64,000 bases of DNA, taken from NCBI GenBank assembly GCA_025603075.1, contig MU626347.1:1-64000 (forward strand). Direction: 5' to 3'. This DNA is from Neoconidiobolus thromboides FSU 785 (Eukaryota; Fungi; Entomophthoromycota). Of this stretch, positions 51,375 through 64,000 are shown piece by piece. Position numbers and translations under genes: made by a program. The notes beneath the pieces were generated by a model. The model was not told the DNA's origin and did not search any database. It saw only the letters and a program-made list of their open reading frames with translations. Numbering within the stretch: position 1 is the stretch's first letter; each line of letters opens with the position of its first letter.

Positions 51375-52386
51375 ATTGTTGTTTTAATATTATTTTAATT
51401 TTTCAACATATTTTTGGTTCTTTTTATACGTTTTTAAAAGCAAAATATTAACTATACAGATATTGTTTTTCGCATTATATTTTTGAATATTTTAGATAAC
51501 ATAATATTTGTTAAATGTCTTTAATTTTAATTGAAATATTTTTCTAAATTTAATTGTACGCTTTCCAAATTTGGGTCTATTTTTATTTAAAAAAATAAAA
51601 ATAAATATTGATAATTAACAATAACCAATCATCACAGTTTAGCATAAAGATTTATTATATCCATTTTTATGTATTAGTAATGGTATTCAATCGTTTGCGT
51701 TAGTTTCGTTTATGTATTAGTAATTATAATAGATATTTTAATATAGTTATTTATATGTATTAGTAATATTAATGAGTGATTTAGCAAAAAATTTAAATTC
51801 AAAATGAGTCTTATGGTGCTTGTTTAATAAAGAGTGATAAAAAGAGAGTTAGTGAAATGAATTGGAATGAAGAAGAGTCCTTGAATCGAGACAGGATACC
51901 AGATGAGATAGAGAGAATGGCATTTAAGAAGAAAAGAAAAAAAGTATTATTAAGAGGGACAACAAGAGGCTGTTTGAGATAAAATATGATTATTTTTATA
52001 TATAAAAATTTAAAGGTCTGGTTAACTTTAAAATAACAAATTGTGGATCTAGTTTTTTATAGATGGTTCCAGAATTAAGAAAAAATAAACTACTGTAGAA
52101 TACCCTTTCACAACTTCTAATATCTGTAATAAATAAAACTAAAGGGGAGTAGGGATTAGGTCTAAACAAATCTTATTATTAATAATAACTAATACTATAC
52201 AAGACAACAAAAGCAATAATATTAAATTTTAGTTTACTTCTATCACTATTGTTAGTACGATATTTGCTTTTCTATACATGCTAATTGATATACTACTTGA
52301 GTATAATAACTGATTATTTAGACTTTATTAATTTTAAGTAGTAATAATGATAAGCAATAAAAACCATTATAATAAAAATAAAAGAT

Positions 52387-54366
52387 TTAATTAATAAGTT
52401 TTTCAGAATTATTCACTTTCTCCCATTCTCTCTTTTTTAAAAGAAACTTTTGAACCTTTCCGGTGCTATAAAGAATAAACATAAATAAATCAAAAAAATC
52501 AAAAAAAGCAAAAATTACCCAGTCTTAGGCAACTCCTTTAAAAATTCGACCTTAGTAGGACATTTAAATTTTCCAAGTCTATCATGAGAATATTTAATAA
52601 TCTGATTAGCTAATTCATCGGTTGGTTCATGGTTTTGTTTAAGTACAATAAATGCTTTAGGTGTTTCTCCCCATTTTTCATGAGGTGAAGCAACAATCGC
52701 AATTTCCAAAATAGCTGGATGATGGGCCATCGCTTTTTCTACTTCAATTGAAGATATGTTTTCTCCTCCACTAATTATTATATCTTTACTGCGATCTTTT
52801 AAATTAATATAACCATCCGCTTCAACAACTGCTATATCACCAGTATGGAACCATCCCCCTTTAAACGCTTTATTTGTTGCTTCAATATCATTATAGTATC
52901 CCTATCAATTCAAAATTAAATCATTAACATACAAAGTTGTATCTATTTTTTACCTTCATAACCATATTACCACGGAAGACTACCTCTCCAATAGTTATTC
53001 CATCTTTAGGCACATCTTTCATATTTTCATCAACAACCCTAACTGGGTCAGCTAAAACATAAGAAAAACCTTGCCTTGCTAACAATCTATTCCTTTCACT
53101 TGGTGGTAATTGATTCCAATATTCTTGATTATAACCAATAGTACATGGTCTAATTTAATAATAAAATATAAAATTATAAAAGTAAAAGTAAATAAGATTA
53201 ATTACCCATAAGTTTCAGAAAGTCCATACGAATGTAAGAAACTTAAATTCAATTTGTTCATACCTTCAGCTAACGCTGGTGTAGGGGGTGAGCCTGCTAC
53301 CATAGCTACAACTTGTTTTTCTAATCTTTTAGCTTTATTATGATGTATCAAAGAAATTTGTACGGTTGGAGCAGCACAATAATGAGTAACATTATGGTGT
53401 AAAAATAAGTCCCAAATATGACCAGCGTCTACTTTTTTGATGAGTAAACTTGAGCCTAAAATATTAATTATAAAAATCGACAATATTAATAATCAATTGT
53501 ATTACCTGATACTGCTGCTACAGACCAAGGGAAACACCAACCATTACAGTGGAATAAAGGTAAAGTCCATAAATACTTACTATTTTTATTAATACCCATT
53601 TCCAAGGTATTATTTAAACAAGCCAATGTAACAGAGCGATAAGTTAACATAACCCCTTTAGGTCTCCCAGTGGTGCCCGAAGTATAACAAATAGCAATAG
53701 TATCATTTTCTTCATTTGATTCAAATTGGTTCCATTTTAATATGCTTTTATCATTGTCATTTATCATTTTGATTTCTTTTTCAATACTTAATTCATTGTC
53801 GGTACCATTGATTTCTCCACTTTTAATGCAGGTTAATTCATGTTTAAAATCTTTAATTAAACTTTCATATTCTTCTTCATAAATCAAAAGCCTAGCACCA
53901 CAATGTTTAACAATGTAATCAACTTCATTAGCATTTAACCTTGTATTAATAGCTACAATTACAGCATTTAAAGCAGGTATTGAAAAATGAGCATCGTATA
54001 AAATAGGGATATTACGACATAATAAGGCTACTTTATCTCCTTTATTGATTTGATATTTATTTTTTAATAAAGTAGCAAACTTTAATACTCTCTTTTCCAT
54101 TTCTAAATAATTATAAGTAATATTCTCATACTCGACTGCTAATGAAGTGGGATTGATTCTAGCACTCCTTTCCAAAAACGGGATTGGGCTTAATGGAGTA
54201 TAGTTTACAGGCCTATCTTTATGTTTAAAAGAAACTAGTTGTAAAGATTGAATAAGTATTATAATTTATGATAAAGATTAATTTATTTTGATATGTTACC
54301 TTCTACTTTATTACTTAATGTTTCTTGTAGTTGTTTTAACCGACGTACAGCTATTTCTTTTGTCAT
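52387..54366 (-). CDS. AMP-binding acyl-CoA synthetase (medium-chain/AAE type), multi-exon
   Basis: NYTPLSPIPFLERSA, YTSGTTGRPKGV, YGLSETYG, WFHTGDIA, RSKDIIISGGENISSIEVE, STGKVQKF. Confidence 0.92.
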
Positions 54367-55140
54367 TTCAAAATTTGTTTAAAAATTCAAAGTCAATTAA
54401 TTTTGATTTTTTATCTTTTATATTATCTTCTATCATAGATGGAGTTAGATTCATTGAAATCCAATCATATTAGAGTTTTGTTTCATAAGAAGCATAATAA
54501 TGCTAGGTTATATAATTATAGTAAAATACAAGTCAAATAAGGTAGTTTATTCTATTTTTTAAGAAGCAATAAATAATATTTTAAAATGAGTGATATTTCT
54601 AATAGGCTAATAATTAATCGATTGTTTATATTTGGGAATTTTAATTATTTTAATTATTAAGAAATATTTTATTAATAATTTAATGTTAGCCTATTCTATT
54701 ATTTAAATACTTTATTATACTTTTTAATTAACATATTATATAGATTAGAAATGCTGTAAATAATTTCAAACTAAATGAAAATTTATTTGAAAATGGATTA
54801 GCATAATAATAATACCTTTACAATAATCAACTTTATAGATTTATAATAAAATTTTATAACATCCATAATATTATCTGTTTCATCCTGTTAAATTCAAATT
54901 TTATATTCATTTAATAAATTAGGCAAAATAAATTTCATGTTTGTAAATTCATATTGAGTGGTATTTTTGTACGTTTTTTAATTCTTGAATCCTTTAATAT
55001 CTAAAACATAACAAGTTATTTATCGATTTGATTAATAAATAGATAAAAAAAATAGAATACTTTATTCAATATTTAATATTATTTCAACTTTCTGTTATTT
55101 TACAAAAGCATTATTTAAATGTAGCATGTCAAAAACAGTA

Positions 55141-55239
55141 TAGGGATGTGTTTTTGTGTTTAAGAATTTTAGTAGCAAATTTTCCGCTTAAACATGCTTA
55201 AAAAATGGAAAAAGTAATAAAGTTAAAAAAACACTATCA
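55141..55239 (+). mobile_element. ~100-bp MITE-like element, copy 14
   Basis: TA-TAGGGATGTGTTTTTGTGTTTAAGAATTTT...AAAACACTATCA-TA. Confidence 0.82.
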
Positions 55240-55446
55240 TATACTAAATCCAACATGTTATAACTTACAAAGTCATAGAAAATAAAAATATCAAATAAAT
55301 CTTTTTTATAATTAAGAATAATATAATTAAGGATTCAATTCTAATGAATAATCATGGGAGCTTCTCAATATCATTTGTCTTTAAAATAATTAGATTGAAT
55401 TTCGGTTTAATCTTGATGAGTTTAAAAAAGTTCATTCATCTATATA

Positions 55447-55547
55447 TGGGGATATATTTTTTAGCTTTATCACTTTTTCCATTTTTAAGCGCTATTTAAG
55501 TGGAAAGATTGTTAGTGAAATTCTTAAACAAAAAAAATACATCCCCA
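55447..55547 (-). mobile_element. ~100-bp MITE-like element, copy 15 (reverse)
   Basis: ATA-TGGGGATATA...AATACATCCCCA-TAT. Confidence 0.9.
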
Positions 55548-56071
55548 TATAATTAAAGTAACTTAATTTCTTATATGATATTTGAAATAATGTTGAGAGT
55601 TATTTTACTATTTAAGAGTGATCATATAAACTATTAATAAATAAATGGCTTTGTCACTTAAGATATTAAAGAATATAATATAAAATGTACTTTATAAGTA
55701 ATAATATTTAAATAAAAATAATATATACATCAATAAAACAAATAAACTATTGAGTTACTATAAGTTTAACAAAATTGATATTTTTTTCAGAGACTTTTAA
55801 ATGCCCAGATTTAAGTGTGTTTTATTTAGTTAACTTTAAGTATAAATAGAAAAAAACTGACTCTAATGGTTTGAGATTAAAATTTAGGTTCTGATGAATC
55901 TTTTTAAAAAATTTACTGAAATTAATTTTCGCTTTTAACTTAGATGATATCTTTACGAAGGGGCCAATGGTAATCTTCCCTATATTATTTTAATTTTTCC
56001 AAGTTTCCCTAAAGTTGACCTCAGGAATCTGATAATTTTTTTATATTAAATTAAAGAATATTTTAATATAG

Positions 56072-56166
56072 AAATAAAATAAAATAAAATAAAAATAAAA
56101 TAAAATAAAATAAAATAAAATAAAATAAAATAAAATAAAATAAAATAAAATAAAATAAAATAAAAA
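56072..56166. repeat. (TAAAA)n microsatellite
   Basis: About 19 near-perfect pentamer units just downstream of the NOP12 stop. Confidence 0.95.
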
Positions 56167-56216
56167 AGTATATATAAAAAAAGTCTATAGTTTTATTTAA
56201 TCCTTATTAAAAATTA

Positions 56217-57606
56217 TTATTTCTTTTGTGTCTTTTTCCAAGTTTTTGAACGATTTTTGGCATGATCATTTCTTTTACCTTTGACTCTCTTTGGTTTATT
56301 TAATTTTTTAGCTTTTTTATCTGTTCTTTCACCTTCAATAACAACAAATTTGTCTTCTTCTAATTCCCCTTTGGCTTTTCTTTTATTCTTTTGGACTTCT
56401 TTATCTTGTTTTTTAATTCTTGATATTCTTAATTTACGTCCTTCAATTTGAGTAGCATTTAATTTTATAGCTAATGGAACGGAAGTTGGATCCTAATTAA
56501 ATGAAATAAATATGAATTTTTATTAGTAAAATATAATAATATAGTAATAAAACAAAAATACTTCAAATAAAATATAAGCAAATCCCTTTCCTAAATTAGT
56601 TACTGGATCTCGAACTACTCTTACTGCTTCAACTTTACCACAGGAACTAAAATGTTCCCATAATGGTTCATCTTCAATTTCAAAATTAAGATTACCAACA
56701 AAAACTGTACGCTTTGGTGAAAATTCCTAATTGATTATTATAATGTTAACTATTGCTATCAAAAAACAATAATGATTCTTATTACTTTATTTTCCCCAGT
56801 TACATTATCTACACGTAAATGTTTATTTAAAAACATTGTACCATTTAAACTCAAACTTTTTTCAATCGATTCTATTTCTTTATAAATGATATAGGCATTC
56901 ATAAATGAACGCTTGGTATTTAACTTTTTACTAATAAATGCTGCTTTACGATTCATTTGTTTTTCTAGTGCCTATGTTTTAATAAAATTAATCAACTTTG
57001 AACATTGATTTATGATAATAAATAATAATACCAAAGAACGAAAACGATAGGATTCAATTTTACCAAATTGAGAAAATAATTCAATAAATTGTTTCTTTTC
57101 TTCTTTCTATATAATATGTACATTAAAATTTCATTTAAGCAAATAAAAGTTTAATTTACTTTAGTTAATAAATCTACAGATACATTACCGACAAATATGG
57201 TCCTTTTTTTAATTTCTTCATCATTTTTCCCAGGTTTTAAATTTTTTTTCACTTTTTTTGTTACTACTCCAAATTCCGCTTCACTATCGTCACTATCTAC
57301 TTCTTCTTCTTCTTCTTCTTCTTCTACTTGTTTATTCTCATCATTGACTTTTGATTTATTTTCTTCAGTAGTTGCTTTTTCGGTAACATTCTACAAAAAG
57401 TTAATTACAAATTTAAATTATTTTAATATTATTTTTATTTACTTCAGTAGCAACACTTTTAGACTAATAAAAAAGAATTAATTAAGTTTGGGGTTATAAA
57501 AATAATAGCTAGTAATTACTTTTTTAAATAGGTCATCTAATTCAGCATCAAAATTATCTTGTTTAACAAATAAATCAGCTAAAAAGCCTTTGGTATATTC
57601 TGACAT
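56217..57606 (-). CDS. NOP12: Nucleolar RRM protein NOP12/RBM34-like, multi-exon
   Basis: [20 protein letters not shown] start, [50 protein letters not shown], basic tail. Confidence 0.85.
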
Positions 57607-57820
57607 TTTTATAAAATGGTTTTATAGAAAATAATAAAAATAAAAAATATAATAAAAATTCATTAGTTTTGATTGGATAATGTTATTTTCGATAATTTCA
57701 AAGTTTTATAATAAATTTAGTTTCTATACTTAAACAAAATAAAAGTGATAGAAAAATAATAAATAAAATAAATAAATTTCATTTTATAAAAAACATTTTA
57801 TTCTCTATATCTATTTTAAT

Positions 57821-58252
57821 TCAGTTTAATATCTTTTGAATTAATAGTAAATTAGCCTTAGCTTGTACTAACTCCGAATTCCATGTAAATAATCTCTCTT
57901 GATCTCTAATTTTAATCTTTTCGGGTACTCTTAATTCATAATCTTTTTTGCCAACTTTCTCTACTAACTCATCTTTCTTACTATTAATCATTTTGATTTT
58001 ATTTTCAATCTTTTTCATTTCATTATTTAACTTTACAATATCATAATATTTCTTTTCTTTTAAAATAGGAACGCTTAATATGACTTTATTATTTGATTTA
58101 AAATTAACTAAAATCGAATGATGGTTTAATATATTATTATTATTATCATTATTGTTATTCTTTTCTTTATATATTAATTGAATACTTTTCATATTACTCA
58201 TTTTCATTATAATTGGTTGATAATCTTGAAATATATTAATATATTGTTGTAG

Positions 58253-58303
<51 letters not shown>

Positions 58304-59805
58304 TAATTCTTCCTGTTTTTCTATGGTTAAATAAAAAGGTAATTTTAAATCATTTAATAAATGATATGATTGACGTAAGGATCTAGAACTATGAATGATT
58401 CTTAATATAAACTAAAGAAATTCAATAGATTAATTTATTATATATTATATACTATCATATTATAATAATCTTACTTCAAATTCATGTTCTACTTGATCAT
58501 TAATAAATATCTCAAAGTCTTTACTTTGAGGTAATTTTGCTACCATTAAAGAATCATAATTAGGTTTAGATGGATAATAATATGAATGATATAATTCTTC
58601 TGTAATAAATGGCATAATAGGATGTAATAATCTTAATATTATATCAATTGATAAATCCATTATGTTAAAAGTAATTAAATTATTTTGATTTGATAATTTT
58701 GAAAATTCAATACCAATATCACATAATATATTTATAATAAAATTGCGTAATTCTATAGTTGTATTATGTAATTGTAATAAATTTATAGAACTATGATAAT
58801 TTATTATTGTTTTTGATAATTTAGATAATATATATTTTTGGTATAAATTTAATTCATTATAATTAATTATTGTTGGATTTAATATTAAATCTTCATATTT
58901 TAAATTAATTGTTGAATATTGTTTTTTTTTATTAATAAAATATAATACCATGTTCCATAATTTATTACCAAAATGTTTAGTTGTTATTATATTATCTAAA
59001 TTTATATTAATTTGTTTACCCTATAATAACAAAAATTAGTTAATAAATTAATTTATTCTATATTATTCTATATTATTCTATATTATTCTATATTATTCTA
59101 TATTATTCTATATTATTATTATTTTAATAATTACCTGTTGTAAATAGTTAATTAAACTAAATCTTAAGGCATCTGTACCACATTGTTGGATACCATTTGG
59201 ATATTCTATTTTTAAATTATTTAAACTCTTCTCAATTTCATTTAAAGTTAAATGTTTTGAATTGATAATTGGCTCATTCAATTCTTTTAAACTTCTTCCA
59301 TCAATAATATGTATTGGATCAATAACATTACCTAATGATTTACTCATTTTTCTACCTAATTTATCTCGTATCATAGGATGTAATAAGATTGTTTTAAAGG
59401 GTATGAAATTAGAATTCAATTGATTACATAACATTACCATACGTGCTACCCAAAAAAATAAAATATCAGAACCAGTTTCGAGTAAATTAGTACTCTATAT
59501 AAAGAAATAAATATTAAGAAATAAATATTAATTATAACTTACTTTAATATTATTATTATTATTATTATTAATTCCATTCCAATCAAAAGCAGATAAAGGT
59601 AATAAAGCAGATGAAAACCAAGTATCTAATACATCTTCATCTTGAATTAAATTACATTTATTAACTAATGAATTTATTATAAGTTTGTTTTCGTTTTGGT
59701 TTATTAATTCATTTTTTATATTATTTATTACATCATTTTGATTAATACCAACATACCACTTATCTTTTATTTTATTAAATAATATTAATTCTTCATTTGT
59801 TAATA

Positions 59806-59878
<73 letters not shown>

Positions 59879-61647
59879 TATATTGTTATCACTATTTAAC
59901 TTATAAATTGGTATTTTATGACCCCAAATTAATTGTCTTGATATACACCAATCTTGTATATTATTTAACCAGCGATCCCAATCTTTTTCAAAATTATTAG
60001 GTAAAATTTGAATTTGTTCATTTTTAATTAATTGTTTTGCATTAATTGCCATTTGTTTCATATTAATATACCATTGTGGTTTTAATATAGGTTCAATTAT
60101 ATCATTTGTTCTTGAACATCTTAATATAATTGTATTATCTTTTACTTTATGTTTACTATCATAATTATTAGTTAATTTTAAATCTTTAATTATTTGTTGT
60201 CTACAATCATATCGATGTAATCCATTATACTCTTTCCATTCTTTATTGTTATTTATTATATTACCTTTGGAATCAAATATATTAATTAATTCCATTTTGA
60301 TTTTATTTTTATTCCTTTTATAGCATTCAAAATCATTAATATCATGACCCGGTGTTATTTTAACTACTCCAGTACCATAATTCATATCTACTAATATGTT
60401 GTCTGCTATTATTGGCAATTGTTTATCTTTTATTATAGGATGTTTTACCATTTGTCCAATTAATTCTTTATATCTTATATCTTCTGGATGAACTGCTAAA
60501 GCTATATCTCCTAATATTGTTTCTGGTCTTGTTGTTGCCACTATTAAATATTCTTTTTTATTTTTATTAACTAATTCATATTTGATATGGTGTAATACTC
60601 CCATCTCTACTTTTCCTTTATACCCTGGTATTGTCATAAATGTTGGTTTATCTATTACTTCATTCTCTATCTTAAATAATAAATAAATAATATAAAATAT
60701 AAATATAATATATAAATATAAATATAAATATAAATATAAAAAATGTCAAGTACATAAACTATAAATACTAACTTACTTCAATATCACTAATAACTGTTTC
60801 TAAACTTGGGCACCAATTAACAATACGAGTTGAACGATAAATTAAATTTTGATTAAATAACTTAATAAAAGCCATTTTAACAGCAATTGATCTCTTTTCA
60901 TCTAAAGTAAAAAACAATTTATTCCAATCAAAAGAAGTACCTAATCTTTTCATTTGTTCTAAAATAACATTTCCATATGTATTTTTAAATTGAATAATTT
61001 CATTTAAAAACTCTTCTTTTGTTAAATCATGTTTACTTATCCCTTTTTCTTTTAATAATGTTCTTTCAACTACTGCTTGGGTTCCAATACCGGCATGATC
61101 TGTTCCTGGTACCCAGATTACTTTTTTACCATTCATTCGATGATATCTAGCGATACAATCTTGAATTGAAAAAGTCAAAGCATGACCAATATGTAATTTT
61201 CCGGTTACATTAGGGGGTGGAGATAACATTGTAAATGTATTATCTTCATTATTAATATCTTTTTCATTACCATGGGTGAAATAACCTAATATTTAAAAGA
61301 AGATTGCTAATAAATGAAATTGTTTTATTATATTTATATTAAAATTTTACCATTCTTTTCCCACCAATTATACCAATCTTTTTCTACATCTGTCTAATAA
61401 ATAATAATGTTAGTATTTAACATATGAATAAATCTAGTTTTAATAATAACATTCTTACTGGTAAATATTCTGTATTTAGTTTCAATTCGTTATCTTTAAG
61501 CTTTGATTTAATCTTATTAGGTAAAGTATAATAACTCCATCTATTAATAAGAATAGGATTATGATTATTATTACATTGTTTTAACTTGTTTAATAAATAT
61601 TTATTGTCTTTTAGTTTATAAGAATGCTGTAATAGTTTGAGTAACAT
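57821..61647 (-). CDS. VAS1: Valyl-tRNA synthetase, probably mitochondrial, multi-exon
   Basis: [73 protein letters not shown]; basic presequence-like N-terminus. Confidence 0.92.
58253..58303. repeat. (ATT)n microsatellite, probably intronic in ValRS
   Basis: About 17 perfect trinucleotide units. Confidence 0.9.
59053..59110. repeat. (TATTATTCTA)n 10-bp tandem repeat at a ValRS intron
   Basis: 5-6 consecutive identical units. Confidence 0.9.
59807..59879 (-). repeat. (AAT)n tract encoding poly-Asn inside a ValRS exon
   Basis: About 24 consecutive AAT codons in the open 369-aa exon, after WGHKIP. Confidence 0.9.
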
Positions 61648-61735
61648 TTGAGAAAACAAATTATAATTTTTAAGTATTTTTCAAATTGTTTAAAATTTCG
61701 AAATCATCAAATTTTTATTTTATTTTATTTTAAAA

Positions 61736-64000
61736 ATGAATGAATTTATTAAAGATGAAGATTATTTCCAAATATTAAATAGTTTAAGTTTAATGGATAT
61801 AGAAAATGATAATGAACATATTTATAAAATTAAGGATTCAATTAAATATTTAAAATTATACGATTACTTAGCAAAACCTTTATTATCTAATAAACTTGAA
61901 TATTTAAACTATTATTTCTATGAAGGTGTAGGGATAGAATTAATAAAGGTAAAATTAAATTATAATATATATTAAAAGTTAGTTTTAATTAAACTTTATT
62001 AGCGTATTATGGGACCTATACCTAGTGAAGATAGTATATTTTCTGAAGGGGAAGACTTGGATGAATTAAGAAATTTAGCTTTAGGCATTAAATTATTAGG
62101 AGCATTAAGTTATAGCTTAAGTATAAAAACAGATATAAAAGAAGTGTTAGATTATCAAATTCAATTTAATCAATTACTACCTAGTCTGTTTAATAATTGG
62201 TGGTTATATTGTATTCAATCTATTCAACCTATTTTAAGAGATACAGCGCTATTTGCTTTATTTACAGGATTGGAGAATACATATTTAATAGAATGGTAAT
62301 TTAATTTTCTATTTTTTATAAACTAATAATTTATATAAAGCATATTAAAATCAGAAACATTTCCAACTTATTTTTCATGTTTATTATTCGATGAGTCATG
62401 TTTTGTAAGTTTTTAATATAATCAAAAATATCTTAATATAAAAGAAATAGTAAATTAAATTTATACTTAGGTAGCTACTCAAGCTTTTAAATTTTATTCT
62501 AAATGTTTACATTTATCAGTTGTTAATGGAGAAACACCAGTTTATAATGAGTTATTAAGAGAGTTAAACCTAGAAATCATTAATTTTCAAAAAGCATTGA
62601 TTGAGAATGATAATTTATCACAAGCAAATAATATTAAAGTTAAGTTGGATTTGATTTGGTATTTGTGTCATCCTGAAATTAATATTAACATGAAAGATAA
62701 TTATAATATATATATATTGGTATCAGATACTATTAAAGAATTAGGTTTAGTAAGTAGTATTTAGTTATTTGTTTATTTTTTATTTGTGCTTATAGTTTAT
62801 TTAGCTTAATGAGCTTTGGATTATTTGGAAATTAGAAGAAACTTGGTTAAAAAGTCAAGCAGCAGAAACTTTAAATTATTTAATGAAGTTATTGCCCAAT
62901 TTAAGTTGTATTAATAGTATTATATTAAATGAAGAAATAGATAATTCAAATGAAGATGGTAAATATAATTTATAATTTATAATTTATAATTTATAATTTA
63001 TATTAATATTAATAATTATATAGAATGCTTTTTATTAATTAATAATTGTGCTAATTTTATATTAAATGGATTAAAAGAGAACGAAATTGAAGATAATATA
63101 GTAATTAATTTTATGGATTTATATAATCAAACAGCAATAAAATCATCACCTTATTTAAATATATTAAATCGATTAAGCATTATTCGATTTATAGATTGCT
63201 TATCCTCAATATTTGAAAATCATCAATTAAAACAAAAAATTAATTTGAAACAATTATTTTATACATTATATGATTTATTCGTAATTGTAATACAATTTAT
63301 AACTTACCCTAAGGAATTTATAGGTGAAGGTATTAAATTTCATAAAGATTCTAAAGTGTCAGAAACTCAATGGAAAGAATTATTAACTTTAAGAAATGAA
63401 TTTTGGATTTATACGAGACATGAAGAATCAGCAGCTTCTAAAAGACAAGATATTATCTATTATACTTGGTCAGCATTAAATAGTTTATTAACACATGCAT
63501 TATCGGAAAAAGACATGGAATTAGATGTAAATTATAGTTATATTTTAAATCAAAATAATTTATTGATTCAATATTTAATTAGATCTTACCTATGATACAA
63601 CTAATAGAATATCATTTAATACAATGTACATATAATGAACAATTAATTATTTATAAAACACCCCAATATTTAATTGCTGGATTAAAATTAATGCCAACGA
63701 CATTAAAATTTAATAATAATGATAATAATAAATCTCCATTCATTATATTTCATAAAATCGTATTAAATTTATTATCCAACCCATCCTTAAATATACCCAC
63801 ATTAAATTGTATTTATGATTCACTAAAAACAGGTATTTCATTAAAACCTGAGTTGTATTTAAATAATGGGGTAAGGTTCAATAGTAAATTATTAGTTGTC
63901 ATGTTGATAAAGTATAAATATTTATAGGAAGAAACAAAATGTCTATTAACAAGTATTCAAATGAAAATAATAAGTGAATCCTGGGAAGTTCGAGATAGTA
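61736..64000 (+). CDS. Uncharacterised large protein (helical/ARM-like by composition), many introns, 3' end outside the window
   Basis: Consecutive + strand ORF-track exons separated by GT-AG introns; no recognisable family motif. Confidence 0.6.

Noticed and set aside
54320-54366. PTS2-like RLKQLQETL at the acyl-CoA synthetase N-terminus
   Set aside because: Position 8 is Thr rather than the His/Gln of the PTS2 consensus.

Overview
AT-rich (roughly 25% GC by eye, not computed), gene-dense eukaryotic DNA with very short GT-AG introns (44-61 nt where I mapped them). The gene content points to an early-diverging fungus, most likely Entomophthorales/Zoopagomycota (Conidiobolus-like); this is inference. 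Genes in order: two tandem secreted Pam-type amidases, TSC2, a single-pass membrane protein, an EBP sterol isomerase, a KCS1-type inositol kinase, a small myristoylation-motif protein, RPS9, CENP-W and CENP-A (both absent from the ORF track; I spliced them by hand), three small secreted Pro/Tyr-rich proteins, an Hv1-like voltage-sensor-only protein (also absent from the ORF track), an ENA-type P-type ATPase, an unknown K/E/N-rich gene, a DHR2/DHX33 helicase, an RTC3-like gene, CPSF2, a DUF4203 protein, an OYE-family oxidoreductase, an acyl-CoA synthetase, NOP12, a probably mitochondrial ValRS and a partial unknown gene. A ~100-bp TIR element (TGGGGATG...CATCCCCA) occurs 14 times at or near full length, plus one decayed copy, always between genes. 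The main leads are the three secreted proteins sharing an NIxIxNxVxV motif, the adjacent CENP-W/CENP-A pair, the dense MITE family with an intron-shaped internal segment, and the atypical voltage-sensor protein. All gene identities come from recognising motifs; no database search was run.
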